Of a stretch of DNA of 64,000 nucleotides, positions 25,635-37,355 are shown in pieces. Origin of the DNA: Octopus bimaculoides (taxonomy: Eukaryota); contig NC_068986.1 of assembly GCF_001194135.2 (NCBI RefSeq), positions 98,486,957 to 98,550,956 on the forward strand, in the 5' to 3' direction. The notes beneath the pieces were generated by a model, which was given only the letters and a program-made list of their open reading frames with translations, did no database searches and was not told the DNA's origin. The stretch's first letter is position 1. Each line of letters begins with the position of its first letter. Position numbers and translations under genes: made by a program.

Positions 25635-26217
25635 GTATGTACGTTTATATTTACACATTTATGAACGTATGTATATATTTGTACATATATGTTCCTATGT
25701 AGCATGTATTTATCTATACATACAGAAATACATTTTATGGATTATTAGAATCAATTGAATAAACTGCGCTGTATTTCAAACTTTCGCAGTTGATTAAATA
25801 AATATTACTCGATTATCGAGTTGATTTAATCGAATATTTTCATCCGAATCCCTCCACCGAGAAATATGTGACATTGTTTCTAAGTCAGAAATCATTAAAT
25901 GCAGTTTATAGTCTAGTAATAAGATTGTGAATAGATAGGGAATTTAAACTGTCAACAACTGCAATTTAAGTACCAGAGTAAAGAAGTTTGGCTTTATTCT
26001 GTTCTTAAATCTCTGATCCCAGTTGTCTCTGCACCTTTCATTCTATTGTGAATTAATTATTGAGAATAGAGGCTTTCATGCGAAATATATCTTAGTTCCA
26101 TTAGTCTTTTCTTTGGAGTGTTCGGATTTGATAGTATGGTATATACACTTTTAGCTAGATTTGATGTTCTACCTTGAAGTTCATCACATAATAATTTGAA
26201 TATAGAGCCTTATAATT

Positions 26218-26528
26218 TACATTATTTACATTATTTACATTCGACGGATATGCCCACGGGCATATGGCGTAGTGGTTAAGAGTGCGGGCTACAAACCCCA
26301 AGATTCCGAGTTCGATTCCAAGCAGTGACCTGTACAATAGCAATAATAATAATAATAATAATAATAACATCGAAAAATACCTTAGGAATGAGAACCCAGG
26401 TTCGAAATTTCCCAAGACACTTGAAAAAGGCTGGAGGGTATATCAGCCGAAAGATTAGGATAAATATCCGTGGAATGTAAATAATGTAAATAATGTACAT
26501 AATTCCGCATCTCTTAAATATAGAACTG
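26218..26528 (+). mobile_element. Solo copy of the tRNA-headed Penelope pLTR with a 34-bp inverted 5' tail
   Basis: 26252-26528 aligns end to end with 44487-44748 and with 41844-42136. 26218-26251 is the reverse complement of 26464-26497 (33/34). Confidence 0.85.
26252..26331 (+). promoter_or_regulatory. tRNA-derived Pol III type-2 promoter head
   Basis: A box TGGCGTAGTGG (26265-26275) and B box GAGTTCGATTCC (26308-26319) at tRNA-like spacing; no proper acceptor stem. Confidence 0.75.
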
Positions 26529-26627
26529 TTGAACCTCATAAAATATATATTTAACATATAATAAATAAAAACTTGCCACTTTTAAAACTCGACCCTGCAA
26601 AATGAAGAGAGTATTAGAATATTAAAA

Positions 26628-26850
26628 AGGAGGCGACGGCCTTGCAAAAGCGTTAACACGCCGCGCAAAATGCTTAGCAACATGTCATCCGTCTTTATGT
26701 TCTGAGTTCAAATTTGGCCGGTGTTGACTTTGCTTTCTATCCTTTCGGGGTTGATATAATAGGTATCAGTCGAGTACTGGCGTCAATGTGATGTATATAC
26801 CTGCTCCTATAAATTCTTGGCCTTGTGCTAAAATGTGAAACCAATATTAC
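26628..26850 (+). mobile_element. tRNA-derived SINE, third family
   Basis: TTCTGAGTTCAAATTTGGCCG..TTGACTTTGC B-box region; homologous to 14500-14725 (-) and 59826-59915. Confidence 0.65.
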
Positions 26851-27799
26851 AATATCAAAAGTTAATTAAAATCAACAACATTCGAAATAATAATAATAAG
26901 TCAGAACTAACTAATAAATATCCAGTTACCTACCAACATTACGTCGAACCTCACATTCTGAGAAGAAAAAAAAAACATATATTTAATTGACAACGACAAC
27001 GAGAACGAAACACTTTTCTAAACGAGCATTTAGACCAGTGTCCAGGATATCGGCAACTGGATTTTGATCTTTTCCTATTATACTAATGAACGTAAAAAAA
27101 AAAAAAAAGCAGAACAGTAGGACAAGAAAGAATTTAGAAAGTAATACGAAGTAGTGTTGAAAATTTCTTGGCTTTGGGTAAAAGAAAATACAGGAGGATC
27201 AATTAATCATGATTTTATTCAGCATATTTTTCTCTCAGATTCACAGATTTATTACAGCGGTCAATCAGTTTTTCTAAGCCTTGTAAAAGCTCTCGGAAGT
27301 TTGGGCCTCCAGCCAAGTCTTCCACGATACCCATAAGGCCAGGAAATTTTCATCCTTTTGTATTCTTTATTAAAAAAATAACAAACCAGGTTTACATCAA
27401 TGCTTATTTATAACGTTTGTTTTCCATTTCGATATCAACATTTTTGAAAATACATTTGTCTATATGATTTTTTTTTTCATTTTTAAAATAAATCGTGCTG
27501 CTTCCCTTCTATATAACACGGACGTGTCTAGCTGATACCGTGTAGAGTATCGTAACTGAAAGCTAACAGCCACACATTACACATGTACAATACAACAATT
27601 TTTAGATCTGAAAAGGATGTATGCTTCCTTAGTTCTGAACTCCTCTCTTATAAACCTTACCATAAGCCTAACGAGAATATACAGTCTTGTCACCCTCTTA
27701 TAGTATTTAGAAACCTGATAGCTAACATTACTAACAGAGTATCTACTCTCACTTCCTCTCAAGAAATTTTTCGAAAAGGCTGCTCCCTACTATAACAAT

Positions 27800-27841
27800 T
27801 ATTACTAGTAGTAGTAGTAGTAATAATAATAATAATAATCA

Positions 27842-27872
<31 letters not shown>

Positions 27873-27955
27873 AAGAAGAAGAAGAAGAAGAAGAAGAAGA
27901 AGAAGAAGAAGAAGAAGAAGAAGAAGAAGAAGAAGAAGAAGAAGAAGAAGAAGAA
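27800..27955. repeat. Compound (AGT)n(AAT)n(AAG)n microsatellite
   Basis: Read directly from the sequence. Confidence 0.98.
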
Positions 27956-28835
27956 TGGTTTGAAATTATTGAGTGACTCAAAGATCGAGAGTTGTCTTCA
28001 TTGGCATTTTGATATTTTGCTATGTTTCGTCCAAAACTTGGCCCAGGTCATGTTTAACTTTTTAGTACCACATATATAGCTGCAATTTCTACCAGTTGGG
28101 CGATTATACAGTTACGTTCTTGTTAGACACAGTTATAAAATCATATATGTGGACGATTATCTTGAATGACGTATCTATATACGCATTTACAGCCTATAAT
28201 TAGAGAACAATATTAATTAGCGTCATTATCACATTGGTCCCTTTCTCTTATAATGCAATAAAATATATGCTGAAGTATTGAATTCCATTAATTAAGTAAA
28301 ATTGCTATGGTAGAGTATCAAATATTTTGTTATTCAGAAGCTTGTTCTTATCTTTACATAATTTGACTTTTACGATTTACGGTCGGAAGTAAACAGTATG
28401 TTTCTATGGAGATAACGATTTATAGTGAGAAAAGAAGTGACTTAGAGCAATTTGTAATGGTTAATATTTAATGATAATTGGGCAATTATGTAACATCTGT
28501 TCATTTAGAAATAACTGTTGATCGCCTGGTTGTAAGTACTGTAGCGTATATCGTATTATTTAGGGTGCGTGGACACATCATTTGGTCGAAGAGGTTGACA
28601 TATTGCCAACTAGGAGAGGTACGTTCGCATAATCCATTGTTAACTATGTTGCAGATCTGTATTACATTTAGAACATATGTTGGAGAGTCGATTATTCCAT
28701 GTGTCTCTTTTAGTGCCACGTTTCAATCATGAGAGTCTTTTCCATATGCTTCCAAGCTACAAATATTTCAGTCTCTTATTCCTATTTTAACTTCTGAACA
28801 GTGGTTATGTTAACGAGTTATATCTACTTATTACC

Positions 28836-28958
28836 AGAAGACACACATCTACACCGACGAATGCTCCTAAACCAATTGTTAAATATCCCACCCGTTAGGG
28901 ATCGACTCTAGATGGGTCGAAAGAATTGTAATAAAAAATAACAATTCTCGTATCTTCT
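28836..28958 (+). ncRNA. Candidate atypical hammerhead-like RNA
   Basis: AGAAGACAC/GTATCTTCT (8/9), CCGACGA, stem GACTC/GGGTC, GAAA, perfect 7-bp GAATTGT/ACAATTC, then TC. The core register is non-canonical. Confidence 0.4.
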
Positions 28959-29048
28959 ATCTTTCATGTCTCTCATTAACCAAATATGTGTGTGTGTGTG
29001 CGTGCGTGCGTGTGTGCGTATATGTGCATACACTTACATATATATATG

Positions 29049-29092
<44 letters not shown>

Positions 29093-29402
29093 NNNNNNNN
29101 NNNNNNNNNNNNNNNNNNNNNNNNNNNNNNNNNNNNNNNNNNNNNNNNNNNNNNNNNNNNNNNNNNNNNNNNNNNNNNNNNNNNNNNNNNNNNNNNNNNN
29201 NNNNNNNNNNNNNNNNNNNNNNNNNNNNNNNNNNNNNNNNNNNNNNNNNNNNNNNNNNNNNNNNNNNNNNNNNNNNNNNNNNNNNNNNNNNNNNNNNNNN
29301 NNNNNNNNNNNNNNNNNNNNNNNNNNNNNNNNNNNNNNNNNNNNNNNNNNNNNNNNNNNNNNNNNNNNNNNNNNNNNNNNNNNNNNNNNNNNNNNNNNNN
29401 NN

Positions 29403-29433
<31 letters not shown>

Positions 29434-29847
29434 CATATATATATATACATACACACACACATATATATAAATCATGAGCTTTATACTTTTTGACAAGTCG
29501 GTGACCATGCAGTTGAGCTACCGTTCATTAGTATCGCTTTCAATTCACCAGCAGAATGTGTGGGAATATATTAACAACATTACCCGCTAAAGAAATGACA
29601 TGCAAAAGACAAAAAAGAAACATTGGAATAGCATTAATGCTGGTAAAGTTTGTCGTTCAATACTCTCGGATTTTCAAAATTTTTCCGGTTCCACTATCTT
29701 TAAAAGACACACATTATTTGCATGTTTGTAGGATAACATCTAGAAACGATCCCTAATTTATGAGAAGATGCAGAAGTATTATTCTTCACATTTAAGGATC
29801 CAAGGTCAGAGACGGCCAATACATACCAGTTTCACACTCCTTATTTT

Positions 29848-30745
29848 GAGGCGAGTCAAACGTATTGCAATATTGGCATACGTGCTAATTTGGGGTGTAT
29901 ACATCAAATAACCGAAGCAGTTCAACCCGTGGAATGTCCCTGCTGTGGATGGTAGTATTGTGGTAGTTGATGCGTTGACACGTTGTGCATTGCTTCACGA
30001 CAGATGATATTTGAAATCTGCAGAGATGAATGTGCAACATAGTCTAATTCGGGAACTTATGTATTACGAGTTCGAACGAGGCCATGTCGCCTCGAAAACA
30101 ACCAGAATCATTTGTTGTGTGAAAGGTGTATTCGCATTTGATCACAATACAGTAACCAGATGGTCCAAGAAATTCTGCTCGAGGATGAAGCAAGGTCAGG
30201 CTCGAGGTTCAAGCAAACCTAAACCCGTGGAATCTTCATCCGTCCTCTAAACCATAGAGGCAAATCTGGCTTGTAGTACTCAGAGAGTATCAGATGAACT
30301 CGTCATCTTACAGCTGCGTGGAATTATACTGCAAAAATACTTAGCATTATTTAACAGAAAGCGAGCTCTTCTGCAGCAACATAATGCAAGACCTCACACT
30401 GCCGAACGACCGAGAATAAACTCAAGAACGTCAGAGAATCGAACTGGTGCCACACCCGGCATATAACCCAGAACTAGCTCCCTCGGATTATTACTTGTTC
30501 TTATCAATGTCTTACTTCCTACACTCGCGAAGTTCCACCCCCAAAAGGGGGTGGAAGCTTCAGTAATGGACACCTTTGCATCGATGAAAAAAAATTGATG
30601 TCAGAGAGGGATCAAAGAACTTACAGAAAGATGGCTTAATACGGTGCAACACGATGGCTTTACTTTAAATGCTAAGCTGCTTTTATTGCAAATTGATTAG
30701 TCAAACAAATGTTGCCAAAATATTGCAAAGGGTTTGACTTAACAC
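29848..30745 (+). mobile_element. Internally deleted mariner (D,D34D) transposon with degenerate TIRs
   Basis: N-terminus IRELMYYEFERGH...TVTRW.KKF; C-terminus LLQQHNARPHT, PHPAYNPELAPSDYYLF, GIKELTERW. TIR-like (G/A)AGTCAAAC...TGCAATATT at 29848-29878 and 30713-30745. Confidence 0.85.
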
Positions 30746-32217
30746 AATTCTCTGCGAAATTAGATGCCTCTCACACTTACGGTATTTAACTCTTCCTGTA
30801 TGTTAGTATTTCTTCATTTGGTGTGCCACCTGCTTCACCATATGTAATTTTATCATCTACTCTGACGATTTCTAAATCGTCATAGCTGCGCGTCAAAACT
30901 ACTTAAAGTTTTGAAGCCCATATACTTAATTAGCTTCATAGAAGCAAATTATTTTTCTACAGTACAGGCAATGTTGCTTCCCGATCATAGAAAAATAAAC
31001 TTCAAATACACAGTAAAGATCTGCATATCTTGTGATTCTCATACGAATGATTCTTCAGAAATTGCATTGAGCAACAGATGATACTGCAGAAATTTTATCG
31101 AAACTATATTTGACGAATGGTGCAGTGAATTTATTCTTAGCTTTAGAAATGTTAAAAACTGTTCTTGTTTTAACATCATACACTTCCAAATTCACACACA
31201 CAGACACACACTCATACACATAGATGCAGCAAACTCTAACTTCCAAGTTTCAATTACTGGTTCTAAGATATCATCTTATCGTTCTTCGGATTATTACTCA
31301 CCTTTGCAACCATGGTGAAAAATTATAGGACTGATAGATGCCGAACTGAAATATGAAGAAAGATTGTGATCCCTACATATACATCGTAAATACTAAACAA
31401 AGAGTAACTATAGAATATTTTGACAACTTTAGTCAGACTTCGTCTTCTTTTCGGAGAGTGTGTCATTAAATGTGCAAGTAACTTATGACCAGATTATATC
31501 ACGATGCTCGAAGAACAGAATGAATAATAAAATGAAATTAGAGTTAATAAGATGTATTAACTTACACATATAAGTGGTCACCAAGGATATGCAATGTTGA
31601 TTATAGGGGAGTGTCACATCTAATAAGCAAGCGTAAGTTTTAAATACACAAGAAGAAATATACAAAGAAGAAGTGAAAGTAAAAGAAAAGGAGAAAGGGG
31701 TTAAATGAATTCAAATAATAGAACTGACAGGCTGCTTAGCTCGAGGGAATGCAAAGATCTAGTAAAATATTTACATGACTTAGAAAGGTTTTGAAAACGA
31801 ATAATAAATTGGATGCGTACTATGGAAATGACACTTCCTTTCTGTCCGTCCCTTTATTACTCACCTTTTGTCACTCTCCCCTTATCCTGTCATCTGTCAA
31901 GTGCATATGATTCAACTAGTTGTGTGGTATGCAGTGCTGCTTCAGAAATAAACTATTACCCTATTACATGAGAGGTGAGAAACAAATTGGTTTAAATTAC
32001 GATCCATGAATATGTTATCGTATGACTTTAAAATAACTAAATTTACCATCTTTGTTGGGTGCGCAGCGTTCACATTGAACACTTAGAGTACATAGCATTA
32101 CAGATTTGATATTTAATGATGGCGGCGAATAACAGACTTGGAATTCGAACTCTTGAGTCCAAATTCGTCTGTTCTATCACACATGAAACGTGACGCGAAC
32201 ACAGCTTAGTGAATGGC

Positions 32218-32253
<36 letters not shown>

Positions 32254-32305
32254 GCACACATTCATATACTCACGTATATGCATGCATATACGTACATGTA
32301 CATAT

Positions 32306-33392
32306 TGTTACGAACGCCCGCACGCGAAGCACCTCGAACCGAGAGAAAACTCGCGCGCGCGCGAACGTCGACGCTCGGTGAGTCAGGATATTCGCCACGA
32401 CTACTAAGCCCAGCCGGAGCACGCAACGAAGACGACAGGCAAAAGGAGGAGGAAGAAATAACACGGAGACCATACGTTGGGTAGCGGAACTAACTTTTTC
32501 TTCTTTTTAGCAAACAAAACATTACATCATCAATACATGGCATAACATTGCGTAACAATAAATTCAATAGCATATAACAATAGCGCATGCAACATAATCA
32601 AAGGTTTACAATCATTACACAAGCATGAGTTCGTATATCAAGTCCATTAAAAGTTCTTTTACTTCTTTGTTTTCTTTTCAGCTAAACAACATGTAACAAA
32701 GTTCTTTCTTTTTCTTTTCTTTTAAGTTAACATCACAGTTAACAGTTCTTTTAACACATGTAACGACAAGTACATTTTTCTTGGAAGAATATTTACACAA
32801 ACCATTACCGTAATAATTTCCTTTCTTTCAAAACTCTCACTATAATCCACAAGTAGTGACCAACTGACTACTACGATCTCTTGGCTGCCACAACAGTTCC
32901 ATCTCTGTCCCTCTCTCTCTGAGACTCCATGCCGTTCTGCTTACTCGTACCTGCTGACCATAGGCCCTCTCTCTCGGCCTCTCTCTGTCAGACTTATCAC
33001 TGTTCATCTTCACTGGCTCTCGTTCTTCATCCAGCTACTGGACATCTTCACTTCATCCAACTCCCTGCCCAACTGCTTGATGCCAACTCCGTACGCCAAC
33101 TGCTTGATGCCAACTGCTGCGGCCCACTCCTGTACCAAACTGCTTGATGCCCACTCCTCTGGCCAACTGTTCGCGCCATTTCTTTGTTTATCACAAATAC
33201 CGTAGCTTTACAGTGCAACCTTACCCCCTCCCAAAGCTGGCTCAGTCCAGTACAATTCCTTACTTGTTTTTCTGAACTTTTGGTGACCGGAAAGGGTCAC
33301 CGATCACTCCTACGCTAGACAAAGGAAATACCATTATCCTCAACAACCAGAATACGGTTTCAAAACCCAGCTCGGGAGATAGGGATGTAACA
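32306..33392. mobile_element. Possible solo LTR (TGTTAC...GTAACA termini)
   Basis: Begins TGTTACG, with candidate ends CGTAACA (32557) or GTAACA (33392). GC-richer interior with AACTGCTTGATGCC x3 and a hairpin. TSD not clean. Confidence 0.4.
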
Positions 33393-34169
33393 TTAATTTG
33401 TATTTTCGGTGGTCGCATCAATATTTATATGTGTATGCAAGTGTGCGTGTGTGTGTTTGCGTGTGTGTGTGTTCATTTGTGTTTGTGTACCTATATTGAC
33501 ATTGGATTAATAAAAACCTTCGGCAAAAAAGTATAACAGTATACTATTTAGTTATGTCTGATTTATTTTCCGCTTCGCTCTGACGACAACTTGTTTGTCA
33601 TTTCTCATTATATTACATAACATCAGTCAAATTACCAGGTTTTGTATCATGCAAGCGACTAAAATTCCTAAAACATTTATGTCCCAGCATGGCCACGGTC
33701 CAATGACTGAGACCAGTTGACAATAATAAAAAAAAAGATATAAAATAATACCAGCAGAACTTCCGCAAGAAGAAATCATTGAAAGCTATTAAGTAACAGC
33801 ACTAACTTCTCCAGTTAGTGAGTGTAAAGTGTAAACTTAATAAACCTTAGACGTATTGTAGTTATTCCAGTCTTTTGTTCTTAACAGCTACTCTAATATC
33901 TGCTATAATGGCATTTAAAACTTAGCGTCAATGAACGCAGCATTAGATATCGTTTATTTCGTGAAATATTAAAGTAATCTTCATATCTCTAATTGTTTTG
34001 CGGAGAGGACAGTTCTTATTTATCTGGGATTAACCAGATAACAGTCATACATTACTAGATCCGACATAACATTAGAAATATCTTTTTCTTTTCCTAACTT
34101 ACTATTCAGTGCAATGGCGTCTTGTGTTCAAAAAGACAAAACGAGATACCTGAATCTATTTTCTGAACG

Positions 34170-34660
34170 TAACTAATGATTAATGACATGTTAGTGTGAT
34201 ATCTTACCCACTATATTTCTTCTGAGAAATTTTCTTCCAGCCTCTTTATGTGGTTCAATTTACTAGAAATAGCAACCGATCTCACAAATCTATTCCTTCT
34301 GAAAATTTACTATTTTCAGCCACTTAGGTGTCGAGTGACATGCTAGAAATAACAGCCAAGTTCTCAAGCTTTTTACTAAGAGTTAATGAGTCGTTAGTGT
34401 TTAGTAATGAACGAATTATCAGTTCGATATCTCAGCCACTAATTTTCTTCTGAAAATTTACTTCACCTAGCTATCTGGTTGTCGATCGACCTACTGAAGT
34501 GTCAGCTTATTTTACAAGCTTTTGACTAATTTGCTAATGAGTCATTAATAAGTAATGATTAATGAATTGTAAATTTGATATCTGGACCGCTACTTTATTT
34601 ATGAAAATTTACTTGTTGGTCAATAATGTTTGATCGGCTTACTAGAAACAGCAGCTAATC
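34170..34660. repeat. Degenerate tandem repeat containing the CTAGAAATAGCAGC motif
   Basis: GATATCT..CC(A/G)CTA...T.TGA.AA(A)TTT near 34199, 34426 and 34577; CTAGAAA(T/C)A(G/A)CA(G/A)C near 34263, 34343 and 34642. Confidence 0.45.
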
Positions 34661-35989
34661 ACATCATATTTGAACTTGCCGCTTTTACTGAACTGTTTTT
34701 CTTCGTGTCACCTTTGTTTCTCAGAAGGCATTAGCGAGAAGGCTTTCCCGGCGAAGATCCACAACTGAAGAGCCTTAAGTCCTGACGTCACTGACAACGC
34801 CTGGGAAGCGTACCATAAAAGAACCTAAAGGCGGATATCGGTCACAGTAGAAAACAATAGTTAAATCAACAAAATTATGAGATTGTGTATCGATCTACAT
34901 AAAAACCAAAACATTGTATATAAAAAAAATAAAGTATAAAATCTTGGTGCTAATTCTGAACATGTATTGATTAATACAATTGGGCGTTTCAAGTGCTATT
35001 TTATCTTTGAAATCAGGCGATCGATATTGAATAAAAGACGAGGGAAAACTTCATTTTTGGTCAAATCCTCAACTATAGCAATTTCGTATTTTTGATAGTG
35101 GCAGGCTTTAGCTGATATTTCTATCAAGGAAGCGACTACGCTGACATCCCGATAATGCTTCTAGTAAAAATTAAATGAATTCAATTTTACAAAAAGATAT
35201 TGATCTTTTAATTAAGAACAGATGCTGCAAATACGAAAAGTGGTTGGAGAAGAAAGCAAGTCAGCACATCTGTGTGTGTGTCTGTGTGTGTCTGTGTCTG
35301 TGTGTGTGTATGACAATGCTACTATGCAATCTGAATCCACTCTCACACTCTTGAGACAAGAATGAAACATATGTGTGTCTGCAAACTCTTCAATAAATGT
35401 CTGATAAATATCGTAACTATAGTTAAATATTTTTCAAGGAAAAAAATACTACAAAAAGTATTTTATTGTGATTTAATGCCTTTCGCTTTTACAGAGTAAG
35501 CAGTATTGGACCTCACCAATCTTGTTAAATTTGTAAAATATAGAATACGTTGACAATCAATAAGATCACATAATCGGCCGTTACATCTTCACCATGCGTA
35601 CATTAAAACAAGAAGACATGACATTGTAACTTGTTAGTTTTTAGGAAAAAGTTTAAGTTTAAACGAAATAGTAGAAAATTAGATTGCTCCAAAATCCAAC
35701 AAAATTTGCATTTCTATGCAGAACTATTGCAAGCCTGTTGTGTGGAGTCATGAAGAGACGCCAAAAAGGAGTTAATCTTTTGGGCTTCAGGGGAAAAAAA
35801 TATGTGTCACTATTGTAGGTCTCAGAAAGAAAAACAACAGAGACACAAACGTCGGTTCGATGAAATTAACCCCAAAATATCTAACACCTAAACATCAAGT
35901 ATCAAGTATGACAGAAATCAATCATACCTAATTTAAGGAGAACGGCAAATTTTGATTTCAGATGAATTATTGAAGTACCATAGATCAGT

Positions 35990-36430
35990 GTTACATAGAG
36001 AAAACCGATATGGATGACGCAACGAAATGCCATATTGTTGAAGAAACTGATAATTTTTACATGGAAATCAAAACTTCCATTAAACAAATCAATTCAAGAA
36101 ATTCTCCGGAAAATAATTGGCATAATACTTGAGGTTATTAAACAAGGTGTTGATGTAGTATTGATATTAGACCACACAAATTTTCGACATGTGGTATAGT
36201 TCAGCTAAATTAGAAACATGCAATACTGAATTCACTGTGCAAAGGGAAATATATGTAACCATGGGATTTCCTCGCTTGTAACTTGTGTTAAGCAATTTGC
36301 AAGTCATTCATTGAAATACTACAAACAAATCATCCACCATTGTGGAATATAAGTAAAAGACTTGGACCAAATGTTCTACATCGGCTCGTTAGCCACAAGG
36401 CGTTTACGAAGACATGATATGCCGCCTCTC
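35990..36430 (+). pseudogene. Highly decayed RTE-like LINE RT fragment
   Basis: Frameshifted SIKQINSRNSP(G)...ITLEVIKQG, KG.....HGISSL and KRLGPNVL...DMI remnants follow RT domain 0-2 order. Confidence 0.4.
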
Positions 36431-36924
36431 ATCATTGTCGGCGTGACATAAGGTTTTAAATTAAATTTCATTAGAAAATTAAGTATCCATCTTTCCCGCT
36501 ACTGAACATTGTCTTATGTTATTAACTTATGTACAGTCTTCATAATTTGTATGGTAATCGAGCACTGGATACGAATATAAATGAAGAATTTATATATAAT
36601 TAAATGCGGGGAGCTAACTGCCATCAGCGAACAAATTTTTGTTTTATAACATGTACAACACTTTCCCTAATTTTTAGGTGCCTATAACTTTGCGGCGGAT
36701 GCAAACACTGACTTGACTCTCCACATTTTGACCGAGTGGCACATTCAGCATATGTATGATAACTGAAAGTGGAGAGCGCGGCAGTAGCAGCAATCTTTTG
36801 GAACGTAATTTCAACTAAGCAATGTGAAATAGAGTGCCTTGCTCAACAACACAATGCATCACCCGGTGCAGATGTCGATCCTAAGCTGCTTATTCATACC
36901 TTTATTTCTAAATGCATTTATATA

Positions 36925-37140
36925 TTCTCTTTTACTTGTTTCAGTCCCTTGACTGCGACCATGCTGGAGCACTGCCTTTAGTTGAGCAAATCGACCCTAG
37001 GACTTATTCTTTGTAGACCTAATACTCAGTCTATCCCCTCTTTTGCCGAACCGCTAAGTTACAGGGACGTAAACACACCAGCATCGTTTATCAAGCGATG
37101 TTGGGGGGACAAACACAGACACACAAACATACACACACAT

Positions 37141-37179
<39 letters not shown>

Positions 37180-37355
37180 NNNNNNNNNNACCAAATCTAC
37201 TCACAAGGCTTTGGTCGGCCCGAGGGTATAGTAGAAGACACTTGCCCAAGGTGCCACGCAGTGGGACTGAACCCGGAACCATGTGGTTCGTAAGCAAGCT
37301 ACTTACCACACAGCCACTCCTGCGCCTATAGCTACTTACCATACAGCCACTCCTA
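36925..37355 (-). mobile_element. Near full-length tRNA-derived SINE with internal (TA)n(TG)n and duplicated head
   Basis: Minus strand: AGGCGCAGGAGTGGCTGTGTGGTAAGTAGC (A box), CCGGGTTCAGTCCC (B box), core, microsatellite, and a 3' tail ending GAAACAAGTAAAAGAG. Confidence 0.85.

Noticed and set aside
26252-26331. tRNA-like heads (also 44487, 37326, 14045) as functional tRNA genes
   Set aside because: A and B boxes are present, but I cannot form a full cloverleaf with an acceptor stem, and all are embedded in repeats.
27960-28750. Possible decayed GIY-YIG region on the minus strand
   Set aside because: Only faint motif echoes (NNTIYATVLT, CGTKK) amid many stops; not supportable without a profile search.
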